Shown here one piece after another: positions 8,430 through 18,346 of a stretch of DNA of 64,000 nucleotides. Position 1 is the first letter of the stretch, and every line of letters begins with the position of its first letter. The DNA comes from Candidatus Poribacteria bacterium (GTDB lineage: Bacteria; Poribacteria; WGA-4E; WGA-3G): NCBI GenBank assembly GCA_965242965.1, contig OZ251518.1:32001-96000 (forward strand), in the 5' to 3' direction. Both the position numbers and the translations under genes were made by a program. The notes below the pieces were generated by a model. The model did no database searches. It was not told the DNA's origin and saw only the letters and a program-made list of their open reading frames with translations.

Positions 8430-10358
8430 ATGTTACTTAACCAATGGACGACACTTCAATCGACACATATCCGCCGCCTTGCATCCGAACTCGCAAAGCG
8501 AGAGATGCCCATGATTGTGCTATTGGAGCCCATCGCTGATTTTGAAGAGCTCCTTACGTTCGTGGCAGCGCGCCCTACGCCAATTGCATTCGCACCACAG
8601 GAGCCGGCATGGAGACTTGAATCTGTGGCGGCACGCGTGCGAGAAGCAATTGCTATCGCCGCCCATGAACCGCTCAACGATGACGACTGGGAGCCGCTGG
8701 CGCGTATACTCCTAGAGCACGCTGAATATCTTTATACCTATCCGGATGCCGCCACCGCGCGTGAGAAATTAGACGCTGGCACCGCGCTCGCATTGGCTAG
8801 CAGTGTGTGCCGTTGCGTGCCGCAAGCGGATTTGTGGCGACTCGCCGCGTTCGGACGCATTGCCAACTCCCTCGCCGAAGTCGCGCCAGCCGCCGCCGAC
8901 ACACATCTGATTGAGCCGTTGGACATCGCCTTTTCGTTGGCAAACGAACTGAATCTGCCGATTTTAGAGTCTGCGCGTTCTGTCTATAACACTGTGCGAG
9001 AATCGCGGGCGTTTATGTCAAAGAACCGTATCAATTTTCCCTTAACGTCCCCAGGTCTTTTTCGCCAACTCAATTTAGATTTTCGGGGGATGGAACGGGT
9101 TAAATCTGCCGTTTTGAAAGGCGACTTCGCCGCTGCAACATCGGCTTACACGGAATTTCGTCGGCGGTTTTTAGCGGAATTTGATGTAGACTTGATGCTG
9201 GAAAGATCCGATACTGCCGACACTGCCAAATCCTATCTCGATGCGCTGCTTCGGCTGTCCATTCACCCAGCACCTGCAATTTCGGGAACTACAGAGATAG
9301 GCATTGCCGCGCTGCTATTCCCGGAATTCCGCGGGAGTAAGCAGCTTCTCGCGCTTGCGTTACACCGCTATCAGTGGATAACCGAAGCCTTCTTCTATCC
9401 CGACGGTTTTCACCGAGAGCGGACGTTGCGCGCCCAAGTTGACGCAATCGCCGACTTCGCCAGATTTCTGCGCTTTAAGCGCACAGCGGAGTTACGTCCC
9501 TTCCTTGAAAAACTGATAGAAGCATGCCTCGCTTTGAGCCATCCAAATCTTACTTTTCCCGAACTCGGTGCGGAGCCTGCTCCCAATTTCCACGCTGATG
9601 AACTGCACGACAGCATCAAACCACAGACGACATCACATGCGCTGCCTGACACCGGCTACTACGTGATGCGAGACGGTAGCGGGCTTGATGCACAGTATCT
9701 GCTTTTCGATGTCGCCGAATTGGAGATTCGTTCCCTCTTCGCGCACGGAAGACCTCTCCTTGCACGGCGAGAGACAGGAACGCGTCTTACGGGCTCAGGA
9801 ATGAGTTCCGCCGAGCGCGATGCCTCTGATACCCGATGGATAACCACCGCTACTTTCGATTTTGTGGAGAGTTGGCACAAAGCGCGCGACGTTCATCGGA
9901 AACGTTCCATTTTTTATGTGAAGGGCATCTACTTCATCATGCACGATTTATCTCTCGGCGAAGGAAATCAGACTTTTCGCCTCGTCCCGCAGCAGGATAG
10001 ACACCTTTTCATTGACACCGTGGGTGACACTGATAAATTCTCGGCGGTTTTGAACACCCTCTTGTTCCCAATGAAACCTGATATTGAAAAGTTTCCCACC
10101 CTTGTCTCTATTGCTGTTAACACAGATGCTGACGTGTTGGCAACCGGCTTCACGGTAGAGGTGAATGGCGTAACGGACACGTTTCTCATCTCGGATGATG
10201 GCTTCGCGGCGATGTCTACGGCGGATATTGAATTTGTCGGGGAATACCTCTTTTTGCGGGGTGAGCGGTTCGTGATGCTTAACGCGCGGTATCTCAAAGT
10301 AGGCGATAACATCCTTGCCGATTTTGATGAACCGCGCGAAAGTTATGTGCGAATGTAG
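8430..10358 (+). CDS. Heparinase II/III-like protein, divergent
   Basis: LF..LNLD..G.E.VK, PDG.H.E, ALPDTGYYVMR..YLLFD and H.RSIFYVK segments; AGGAGG RBS. Confidence 0.6.
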   Translation: MLLNQWTTLQSTHIRRLASELAKREMPMIVLLEPIADFEELLTFVAARPTPIAFAPQEPAWRLESVAARVREAIAIAAHEPLNDDDWEPLARILLEHAEYLYTYPDAATAREKLDAGTALALASSVCRCVPQADLWRLAAFGRIANSLAEVAPAAADTHLIEPLDIAFSLANELNLPILESARSVYNTVRESRAFMSKNRINFPLTSPGLFRQLNLDFRGMERVKSAVLKGDFAAATSAYTEFRRRFLAEFDVDLMLERSDTADTAKSYLDALLRLSIHPAPAISGTTEIGIAALLFPEFRGSKQLLALALHRYQWITEAFFYPDGFHRERTLRAQVDAIADFARFLRFKRTAELRPFLEKLIEACLALSHPNLTFPELGAEPAPNFHADELHDSIKPQTTSHALPDTGYYVMRDGSGLDAQYLLFDVAELEIRSLFAHGRPLLARRETGTRLTGSGMSSAERDASDTRWITTATFDFVESWHKARDVHRKRSIFYVKGIYFIMHDLSLGEGNQTFRLVPQQDRHLFIDTVGDTDKFSAVLNTLLFPMKPDIEKFPTLVSIAVNTDADVLATGFTVEVNGVTDTFLISDDGFAAMSTADIEFVGEYLFLRGERFVMLNARYLKVGDNILADFDEPRESYVRM

Positions 10359-10515
10359 TTGCTCATGGATAACGCTATGCGTGTTTGGGAGCAAGCAATA
10401 ACCGACATCCCCTGCATCCCTTTCCAAAGCGAAGACGCGGATATCCTGTCGCAATTCGCAGAAACCCTCTAGGCACAACGTGTCACCTGGTTCTCTTTCG
10501 CGCGGTAATTTTAGC

Positions 10516-10837
10516 GAGTGTGTTTCATAAATCCGTTGGAGTGCCCTCCCGATCTCAATGCACGCGATGTTCCTTGTAGGCGCGCCCTCCTGGTCTCAAT
10601 GTGGTTCGTATCGGGACAAGGATGTCCCTCCTACCGGAAGGCATCAGGCCCACCTCTGTAGTTCGGGAGTGCCCGCTCCCGAACAGATCAGGAGCAGGTG
10701 CTCCTGCCCTACAGGGGTGACGCGCTCTGACAGCAAAACGGATGGCGATGGACAGGCCCTCGCCTTACGTGAAGGGGGGGGCACCGTAGCGCGGGGGCCT
10801 GTCCCCCGCGATGCTGAGCGATTTATGAAACTCCCTC
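10516..10837. mobile_element. MITE-like element with TIRs and 9-bp TSD
   Basis: GAGTGTGTTTCATAAATC...GATTTATGAAACTCCCTC, flanked by AATTTTAGC at 10507-10515 and 10838-10846. Confidence 0.88.
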
Positions 10838-11037
10838 AATTTTAGCAAGTTCGGCAGTCATCGCCTCAGCCGCCGTTTTCGGGACAGACTCTTCTATCGC
10901 AGAATCTGCCGGGACAAACAGCTATTGGATCAGCTGCGCCTCCTGCTGACGCATCGTATCTCCAATCCATCCTTCCGAATCCGCAACGTGAGAAGACAGG
11001 AGCCGTGAACGTAATAAAAAGGATACTATCCCAACGT

Positions 11038-11739
11038 TCAATCGTCAAGCGGTTTTTTCAGCAATTGCAACGGTTTGCAAAAAGAGCAAGGCGTGTGACT
11101 CTGTTTCGCCCTACCCAACGGGAGAGCCTTCGCCCTTTTGCTTCTTTTGAGGACGACGCACTTCTCACGATGGAACTTACTTCCTGAGGGAGTGACGTAG
11201 ACAAGGGTGTCATCATCGGGTAGAATTCCTTGCCCAATTGGTGCCCACAATCCCTTTTCGGTTGTCCGTGCGCGCTCCTCGTAATGCGTAAACAAGGTAA
11301 GATGCTCAAACGTTGCCTGCGTGTTCACCTGCGCGTAACCTTGCCGCACCACTTCCAGATTCACAAACAACTCATCTGGCGCGCGGCGGAGATACGCCTG
11401 TAAATTTCCAGCGGTTTCGGGCACGTCGTCCTCAAATTCGAGATAGACAGACTCACCGAGCAAGAGGTTATGCAGAAACGCCATCGCTTCTACCTGCGCT
11501 GTCTCGCTCGGGTTATCAGGATGCATCGCCTCTGGCACCTGCACGCCGATAAGTTTGACAACTGTCGGTGTGTCCTCGTAGTCAATGTTTACCGTGGCGG
11601 CATCGATGACTTTTAGGACTGAGAACGTGGTGTCGTCGGCGAACTCCACATCGGGATAGGGGAGGAGGCCGTTGTCGCTGTAATAGACGGATGCGCCTCC
11701 GAAAATGAGGAGTAGTGTTATGAAGATTTTTAATTTCAT
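11038..11739 (-). CDS. Thermonuclease (SNase)-fold protein with N-terminal signal/TM and C-terminal Cys/His metal-binding module; catalytic residues substituted
   Basis: VID..T, V.LIGV..PE, AYL...FVNLEVVRQGYA, AR...KGLW and YVT.SG.KFH..C...C..C motifs. Confidence 0.82.
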   Translation of the reverse strand: MKLKIFITLLLIFGGASVYYSDNGLLPYPDVEFADDTTFSVLKVIDAATVNIDYEDTPTVVKLIGVQVPEAMHPDNPSETAQVEAMAFLHNLLLGESVYLEFEDDVPETAGNLQAYLRRAPDELFVNLEVVRQGYAQVNTQATFEHLTLFTHYEERARTTEKGLWAPIGQGILPDDDTLVYVTPSGSKFHREKCVVLKRSKRAKALPLGRAKQSHTPCSFCKPLQLLKKPLDD

Positions 11740-11823
11740 AGATAAATCCTCCGTTGCAAACCAGCGGATAGTTTACGTTTTACCGAACAACTACGTTGGC
11801 ACTCGCCGCTGTTGCTAAATCTG

Positions 11824-12717
11824 CTAACTTGATTGGCGACGAAGATACGACTCCCGGATAGAACCATACCGATGCGCAAATTGCTGATGCTCCGGACTAC
11901 GTTTTAGCATTTGGTGACCTCTTCCCTCTTGTTCGGAATGGCAACCGAAGCAAAGAGATATAAGGTTCTCTGGAGTATTATTCTGTTTGTCGCGGTCTAT
12001 GTGATGTGCATGGAGAAAACGGCTATCGTTTTTAAGATTAATACCGCATTCCATACATCTCCAATTAGCCCTTTCGCGACATGCCAATGAGATATATTTC
12101 CAACCTGCCGGATAACCAGATGTTCTATCAACGGTCAGCGGAGCGGTGAGAGGCCCGTAGAGTCCATCTATCGGCGGCAGTTCATAGGCATCGTCAATTG
12201 CCTGAAACCAGGCATCTAGCGAAAACTCCATATCCGAACCATCAAAGAAGTCGACCCAACTAAAAGAAGGTTCGCCAAACCAAGTCTGTTGACCGAATCG
12301 ATTTGGGGCACAGTCCCTCTGGAGTTTTTTTAGACAACTTTTGCAGATTTCTAGTGTCTTCGTCGCTGGTTCGGTGTGTCCGGGAAAATAGAGGAGGAAT
12401 TCCCCATCTGTCCGGCGCGTCAGGACATAACGGGCCGCTTTGCCCCGAGTTCGCATGCCCTTGATTACAGGACAATTTACAATGTGATATTTAGGGAGGT
12501 CACCCTTTACATCTCGGATATAGAGAATCACCTTTCTGCCTTTGAATACGAGACTACCATCAGGGTGTTCGTTAATCAAATTAAGGTTCTCTGAAGCTAC
12601 GCCATCCTGACTGAGTAGTTGTCTGTCAATATCAGGATCAAATGTCAGTAAAGGAGCCCCTAGTTGCTTGCGCAGCCTATTTAATCCATCGTGATTATGG
12701 AAATCAGGCAACTTCAA
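11824..12717 (-). CDS. zorE: Zorya type II HNH nuclease ZorE
   Basis: G...GRKVILYIRD, YHI..C, C..CL, SGY...W..IS...RE.A...C..CGINL and HAHH..K.NN..NL..LC..CH; lies downstream of zorAB; TTG start after AGGAGG. Confidence 0.85.
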   Translation of the reverse strand: MKLPDFHNHDGLNRLRKQLGAPLLTFDPDIDRQLLSQDGVASENLNLINEHPDGSLVFKGRKVILYIRDVKGDLPKYHIVNCPVIKGMRTRGKAARYVLTRRTDGEFLLYFPGHTEPATKTLEICKSCLKKLQRDCAPNRFGQQTWFGEPSFSWVDFFDGSDMEFSLDAWFQAIDDAYELPPIDGLYGPLTAPLTVDRTSGYPAGWKYISLACRERANWRCMECGINLKNDSRFLHAHHIDRDKQNNTPENLISLCFGCHSEQEGRGHQMLKRSPEHQQFAHRYGSIRESYLRRQSS

Positions 12718-12728
12718 TTCATTTCCTC

Positions 12729-13808
12729 CTATTGATTGAATTCCTCTAGAAGTTCCTTAATCTCGTCAATGAGTTTCTCGGATTCTGTGACAACCCGAAA
12801 CTCAACGCGACGCGATGCCTCTTGATTCTCCATCAGAAGGTTCACAACCCGTTCTCGTGTCTCCGGTTTAAGATGAGCGAACCTTTGAATAGCGGCTACA
12901 GATTCAACAATGTCCGCTATCGTGATATTTTCGTTACCCCGTGATTCTGCAATTTCGCGGAGAACCTGCCGATGCAACTGTCTCACTAACTCTGCCGGGA
13001 TTCCCGTTTCCCTCCTCACGGCATCATAAGGGTTCACTACGGATGAACGATTTCCTACCAAATCCGGAATGAGTTGGCTAGAGGATAACCCATTGGCAGT
13101 TAACTTTTTCTTAAGCCACTCCCTATTCTGGATTACCCCAGGATGCCCAATCTGCAGAACATAGCGGAGCACGTTTCTCGCCCGGTTTTGCGATAACTCC
13201 ATGTTGTTAATGTAGGCCTCGTCCCGCGCGACCTGCAAGAACCATTCGCTAGAGGTATGGCCTTCAATGCGGATTTCCGCGATACTATCCCTATATTCAG
13301 GCTTCGTCAGGATTGCGACGTACCGCGGAAAGAAATCACGTAAGACGTTCTTAAACGCGTCTGGAACGGTAGCCTTTCCTTGGGTAAAAGGTTTCCCAAA
13401 GCGGATCGAGAGGCTTTCTATGTCTAAATAGCCGCGCCACTTTGTCCTGAATAGCTGTCTTTTGGTAGGAGTGCCTTCAAACTCCGCATGCAACTCTTCG
13501 GACAGTTGGGCTTGCAAATTTTTGTAAGCCCCCAGGAGGTCTTCAATCTTAACCTGAAGACCCTTAATCCGATTTGATTCACGTTCTGCATTCGCCCTAT
13601 GACGGTCGGCATTTACCATGTAACTAATGGCAATAAAGAGAAATATCACCATCAACCCGGCCATTACGTCAGATATGGAGACCCAATGCTCCTCAGTTTC
13701 CTGCGTCCTTAATCCAAACAATTTTCCAACCCTCTTAGTTTCTTCCGTTGGTTCCCGGCTGACACCGCTAGGATGGATTATCATCATCCGGTGGACTGCC
13801 TTTTGCAA
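12729..13808 (-). CDS. zorB: Zorya ZorB (MotB/OmpA-like); true start probably slightly downstream
   Basis: HWVSISDVMAGLMVIFL TM with conserved Asp; IRIEGHTS, NMELSQNRA and SRRVEF OmpA motifs. Confidence 0.87.
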   Translation of the reverse strand: MQKAVHRMMIIHPSGVSREPTEETKRVGKLFGLRTQETEEHWVSISDVMAGLMVIFLFIAISYMVNADRHRANAERESNRIKGLQVKIEDLLGAYKNLQAQLSEELHAEFEGTPTKRQLFRTKWRGYLDIESLSIRFGKPFTQGKATVPDAFKNVLRDFFPRYVAILTKPEYRDSIAEIRIEGHTSSEWFLQVARDEAYINNMELSQNRARNVLRYVLQIGHPGVIQNREWLKKKLTANGLSSSQLIPDLVGNRSSVVNPYDAVRRETGIPAELVRQLHRQVLREIAESRGNENITIADIVESVAAIQRFAHLKPETRERVVNLLMENQEASRRVEFRVVTESEKLIDEIKELLEEFNQ

Positions 13809-15087
13809 TAGTCAAAACCCGACGCAGTTCCTCCGTTAATGGACGGTAATCTTCAGCAAACGTTTTAGACAGACTGGCGAGTTGATCTGCTAAACTTCCT
13901 AAGGCTTTCTTCAGTTGTTCCTCAAGAGCTTTATCCAGACAATCCACTTGATCAATCATGTGCTGAGTACTTTTACGGAGTGCCTCATCCAACGCATCAG
14001 TTTGTCTTTTCAATGCATCGCGCTGGCTTGCTATGCTTTTATTCGAGGCTTTAATCGCGGTATCAACGGATGCAGAAAAGTCCTTGGTGAGTTTGTCCAA
14101 GTTATTCTGGATAAGCGGAATTGCTTCTTGCGCTCTCTTGCGCAATTCGCTAAACGCCACCAACTGATCATTCAACGTGTGGAGGATAGGATCCAATTTT
14201 TCAGCGCAGGCAACAATGCTCTCACTGCGTTCCGAGATCAAGCGCGAGGATTTCGCTACGTCTTCCAGCGAGTCGCGAGCCTTTTCAAAAGTCTTAGCGG
14301 CATCTCCCAATCCATTGATAAGTTCACTCATCCGTGTGATAAGTTCACTCATCTGTTGGCCGTATTGCTTTTGCCATGTTACGGTTTGCCTAACAGCCTC
14401 GTTTAACTCCTTGAAGTTATCCCCAAACTGCTCAGTAATCTTCGCGTTGAACTTCTCAATGACGGTTTTAAGGGCCTCAATCAGTTCCTCGGTGGCAAGT
14501 TCCGCTACACTTTCAGCAACATTCTCTGAAAACGCCCGAAATTCACCTACCAACTGCCCCAATTGGGTAAGCATGGCTTTTTGAACATCTTCCAATGCCT
14601 TCAATGTCTCCCGGGTTTTGTCTCCCTCTTCCTTTCCCAATTTCGCTAATTGATCATGATTCGCCCTAACTACTGCCTTTAATTTCCGCAGTTCGGTGTG
14701 CGTCGTGCCCTGCCCACCGGTAAGGGAATCACGAATCTGATTTAGCACAGTAATAGGATTTTCCTGTGCGCCCGGACCTATCTTTTGAAATAGGGAACCA
14801 AATTTCAAGATGAGCGAGGACCCGATACCCACAACGGAAGTCAGGAAGGCGAGTTTGAGTCCCTCCAATAAGGGACCAATGCTTCCTTCAATATTCGTGA
14901 CCTCAAAACGCCAAAGTCCGACGAAGATACCCAGGAACGTTCCAAAGATACCCACAACGGTTAAGATTGATGCCCACGCGTTAGTCCGTGTATGCCAAGC
15001 GTTATCTTCCGTGGATAATTTCCGCCAAGCGACAACCAACAAGACAATTTGGATGGAAACAAAGAGAACCAGAAGCAAATTTCCCAT
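13768..15087 (-). CDS. zorA: Zorya ZorA (MotA-like TMs plus long helical tail)
   Basis: GIFGTFLGI..GL..F....I..SI..LL.GLK.AF.TS.VG and EQFGDNFK.L...V.WQ motifs; ORF is open to 15210, ATG 15087 preferred. Confidence 0.87.
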   Translation of the reverse strand: MGNLLLVLFVSIQIVLLVVAWRKLSTEDNAWHTRTNAWASILTVVGIFGTFLGIFVGLWRFEVTNIEGSIGPLLEGLKLAFLTSVVGIGSSLILKFGSLFQKIGPGAQENPITVLNQIRDSLTGGQGTTHTELRKLKAVVRANHDQLAKLGKEEGDKTRETLKALEDVQKAMLTQLGQLVGEFRAFSENVAESVAELATEELIEALKTVIEKFNAKITEQFGDNFKELNEAVRQTVTWQKQYGQQMSELITRMSELINGLGDAAKTFEKARDSLEDVAKSSRLISERSESIVACAEKLDPILHTLNDQLVAFSELRKRAQEAIPLIQNNLDKLTKDFSASVDTAIKASNKSIASQRDALKRQTDALDEALRKSTQHMIDQVDCLDKALEEQLKKALGSLADQLASLSKTFAEDYRPLTEELRRVLTIAKGSPPDDDNPS

Positions 15088-15188
15088 AAAACACCTTTGC
15101 GGCATAAAATAATACGTTAATTTTTGCACAAAGGGTACAAAAAGTCTAGAAAATTCGGCAATCTGCGCGAAGCGATTTTCAGAAATTC

Positions 15189-15878
15189 CTATGGATTGCA
15201 CTGAAGGCACGGTAAGTAATACCGTTCAGCATCTTCCCGTGATATCGAAATGCGAGTTTTTCGCAATAAACCGCAACTCGCACGATGATACTTACTCCCT
15301 GCTGGCGTAATGTAGACAGCAGTATCAGCAGTCGGTAATGCTTGAGACGCTGTGACATCCTCCCGAACGTTTTCTTTCGCCTGCCACAAGCCTTTCTTCA
15401 CCACTCGGGCGCGCCCTTCGTAGGACGAAAACTCCGAGAGGTGCGAGAACGGAACCAGCGTATTCACTTGCGCGTAGCCTTGCCGCACTACCTCTAAATT
15501 CACGAATAACTTGTCAGGCGCGCGGTAGAGATACGCCTGCAAATCTCCTGCGGTCTCCGGCGTATCTGTCTCAAATTGGAGATAGACAGACTCACCGAGC
15601 AAAAGGTTGTGCAGGAACGCGGTCGCCTCTTCCCGCGCTACTTCAACCGGGTTATCGGGATGCATCGCCGCTGGCACCTGCACGCCGATGAGTTTGACAA
15701 CTGTCGGGTTGCCTTCGTAGTGAATCTCTACCGTGGCGGCATCGGTGACTTTTAGCACGGGAAACGTGGCTGCGTCGGTAAAGTCCTCTGCGGGATAAGG
15801 CAACAGGCCGTCGTCGCTGTAATAGATGGATACGAATCCGAAAACGAGGAATAGGGTTACGAAGATTTTTAATTTCAT
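15189..15878 (-). CDS. Second thermonuclease-fold paralog; catalytic residues substituted
   Basis: High nucleotide and protein similarity to 11038-11739, including the upstream GCAACGGAGGATTTATC RBS region. Confidence 0.82.
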   Translation of the reverse strand: MKLKIFVTLFLVFGFVSIYYSDDGLLPYPAEDFTDAATFPVLKVTDAATVEIHYEGNPTVVKLIGVQVPAAMHPDNPVEVAREEATAFLHNLLLGESVYLQFETDTPETAGDLQAYLYRAPDKLFVNLEVVRQGYAQVNTLVPFSHLSEFSSYEGRARVVKKGLWQAKENVREDVTASQALPTADTAVYITPAGSKYHRASCGLLRKTRISISREDAERYYLPCLQCNP

Positions 15879-15947
15879 GGATAAATCCTCCGTTGCTGAG
15901 GCTTTGCTGTTGGAAGTAGGGTTAGGTTTTAGTCTCGCGTGGAAGAT

Positions 15948-15976
15948 ATGATACAAGAAGTGGGGTTAAATGTCAA
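15948..15976 (-). promoter_or_regulatory. sigma70 promoter upstream of the SNase-zorABE-SNase cluster
   Basis: TTGACA-17 bp-TATCAT on the minus strand. Confidence 0.72.
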
Positions 15977-15988
15977 GGGAAAATGACG

Positions 15989-16029
15989 AAAAAAACGCGG
16001 CGCGAGGCATTGAGTCCTTCGCGCCGCGT
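15989..16029 (-). terminator. Rho-independent terminator after the vWA gene
   Basis: ACGCGGCGCGA/TCGCGCCGCGT stem followed by a T run on the minus strand. Confidence 0.8.
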
Positions 16030-16046
16030 GCTGGTGAATTCTCATC

Positions 16047-18221
16047 CTACTGCTTCTTCAGACGGATAGCCTGACGCACCAACTCAAGCAATTCCTCGTG
16101 TTGTGGGGTTTGGAGGTTGATGCCTTTAAGCACCTGTCGGACCTCTTTCAAGTCGCCGTTTTTTGCCCAGAAACTCCCGCGCAGAATTTCGGCGTATTGT
16201 GCAACAGCGGATGCCAATTGAAACGCAGGCGATGCGGCTTCAAACGTTGCTTTCAAATCTGCCGTGGAGAGAGACTTGGCGAATTCTGTCGCTTCTTCGG
16301 TACCCGGGTCTTTGTAGCGGATAGAGACTTTGGCGAGATGGCCATCACATCCGGCATTCTTATGGAGTTTCAGTTCGTAGAGGGCGGTGACGTTGTGGCC
16401 TGAACCGACATCGCCGGCATCTACGTCGTCATCGCGGAAGTCTTCGTGCTCTAGGTGGCGTTTTTCGTAGCCGAGCAATCGGAATCGACTGACTGTCTGC
16501 GGATTGAATTCTACTTGCATTTTGGCATCTTTGGCAATGACTTGCAAGGTGCCGGTCAGATTTTCGACAAAGATGCGTTTCGCCTCGGCGAGGGTATCTA
16601 CATAGGCATACATCCCGTTGCCTTTGTTGGCGAGTTGTTCCATCAAGACATCGTTGTAGTTGCCCATGCCGAAGCCTACGGTAGTTAACCAGATGCCCTT
16701 GTCGAGGTAGGAGGAAACCTTGTCAAGGATCGTGTCAGGTCCTGTGTATCCGACATTGGCAACGCCATCAGAGCATAAGATTACGCGATTAATGCAATCG
16801 GCATCGAGATTCTTCGCGGCGAGTTCGTAGCCGAGATGAATTCCTTTTTCGGCATAGGTTGCGCCGGCGGGAACTAGCGATTGGATTGCGTTCAAGATGT
16901 GTTCGCGGTTCTCAACGCGGGTATGAGGTAAGACCACTTGGGCATCGGAGCCGTAAGTGACAATGCCTACCTCATCGCCTTCGCGGAGTTGGGCGACGAG
17001 GAGCGTCAAGGCGCGCTTCACCAACTCCAACCGATTCTCCATGTGCATTGAACCGGAGATATCAATGACGAACGTTAGTCGTGCATCTTTCCGGTCTGTT
17101 TCAGGGACAACGCGTCCTTTGATACCGATACGTAACATCTTCAGCCGTTTTCCTTCACCGAATTTGGAGGGCGCGCCTTCGAGATGCACGGCGAACGCTC
17201 CTTCTGTCGGCGGCGGATAGTCATAGTCAAAGGTGTTGATAAACTCCTCAACGCGAACGGCTTCTGGCGGTAGAAGGTATCCATCTCGGAGATGGCGGCG
17301 CATGATGGAATAGGAGGCGGTGTCCACATCCATTCCGAACGTTGAGCGGGTGTCGTCCTCGGTATCGATAAACGGATTGGTGCCGTGGTGATTGAAGTAG
17401 ACATCGTTGTAAGGCGCATCGTTCGGCGGATTCAAGCCGGTGGAGAGGGATTGAAACTGCAGGCGCGCGTCTTGAGGCGATGGACTGTAGGCCAGAGACT
17501 CAAGGGAAAGTGAACATGGGACGGCCATGGATGTATCAGCGGACAACAGCGTCGCGAAAGATTCTGGAACGTTAACTTCATCAGAACCTCTAAGGACAAA
17601 ATCGCGGTATGTCCTGACGTTTTTGGCTTTGTATTTGACGATGGCGCGGTGTTTTCCCTTGCGATGGATGGTAGCATCGTGCGAGGCACACCGGAATTCT
17701 GGGAGTTCATCCGCGCTCTCAATTGAGAGCGAGAAGACGAGCGATTCCACCTGCGCGAAGGAATCAATTGAACGCGTCTTGACGGGGATGGACAAAGGAT
17801 AGGTATACCTCATCAGCACGTCAGTGTCCAGTTGCACCTGTTGTGTGTATTGGATTTGAACGCGTTGCTCCCCGTTGGGCGCGACGAGAAACTTGTGAGT
17901 GGGGATGTCACCGTCATCCGCGGACTGAGACGTGGTCTGTTCGCGGAAGCAGAGGTAGGGTGCGTCACACCCTGTCATTTGCTTTTCGGTAGACAGCGCG
18001 ATACCGTCAATGCGAAGCGCGAAATCGGAAATGTCTGTGTTAAAACCGGGTGGGAAGATGCAGGCACCCTCCATTTCAACGTCACCCCGGTTTTTCAGCA
18101 CCAATTCGATTTTTGTCGTCGCGATGTTATCAACGATTGCGACGTTCACTTGATACTTTTTGAGGCGGATAGGCACTGCAAAAGCATCTGTGTGAACGTG
18201 CGGCATTTTTCGATTTTTCAT
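16047..18221 (-). CDS. VIT-like plus von Willebrand A domain protein (YfbK/DUF3520-like)
   Basis: STFGMDVDTASY, VRVEEFIN.F.Y, DISGSM MIDAS, SDGVANVG and FRLLGYE motifs; N-terminal VIT-like region. Confidence 0.88.
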   Translation of the reverse strand: MKNRKMPHVHTDAFAVPIRLKKYQVNVAIVDNIATTKIELVLKNRGDVEMEGACIFPPGFNTDISDFALRIDGIALSTEKQMTGCDAPYLCFREQTTSQSADDGDIPTHKFLVAPNGEQRVQIQYTQQVQLDTDVLMRYTYPLSIPVKTRSIDSFAQVESLVFSLSIESADELPEFRCASHDATIHRKGKHRAIVKYKAKNVRTYRDFVLRGSDEVNVPESFATLLSADTSMAVPCSLSLESLAYSPSPQDARLQFQSLSTGLNPPNDAPYNDVYFNHHGTNPFIDTEDDTRSTFGMDVDTASYSIMRRHLRDGYLLPPEAVRVEEFINTFDYDYPPPTEGAFAVHLEGAPSKFGEGKRLKMLRIGIKGRVVPETDRKDARLTFVIDISGSMHMENRLELVKRALTLLVAQLREGDEVGIVTYGSDAQVVLPHTRVENREHILNAIQSLVPAGATYAEKGIHLGYELAAKNLDADCINRVILCSDGVANVGYTGPDTILDKVSSYLDKGIWLTTVGFGMGNYNDVLMEQLANKGNGMYAYVDTLAEAKRIFVENLTGTLQVIAKDAKMQVEFNPQTVSRFRLLGYEKRHLEHEDFRDDDVDAGDVGSGHNVTALYELKLHKNAGCDGHLAKVSIRYKDPGTEEATEFAKSLSTADLKATFEAASPAFQLASAVAQYAEILRGSFWAKNGDLKEVRQVLKGINLQTPQHEELLELVRQAIRLKKQ

Positions 18222-18307
18222 GGGATTTCTCCGTGTGTTTTTATTTGGTTGGTTATTGTTACAAACGCTTTGATCGGGTATTAGGTTACGTAAAGTTTAA
18301 TGATAAC

Positions 18308-18336
18308 TTGACATTTGGCGCGCGATATGCTATAAT
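18308..18336 (+). promoter_or_regulatory. Perfect-consensus sigma70 promoter
   Basis: TTGACA-17 bp-TATAAT with extended TG. Confidence 0.82.
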
Positions 18337-18346
18337 TTATTATTAG

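Noticed and set aside
10366-11037. Short ORF (MDNAMRVWEQ...) and sequence around the 10516 MITE as a pseudogene
   Set aside because: No recognisable homology or continuous frame after removing the element
12729-15087. Flagellar motAB or ExbBD/TolQR
   Set aside because: The long helical tail, EQFGDNF motif and adjacent ZorE-type HNH gene identify Zorya; no flagellar or TonB genes nearby
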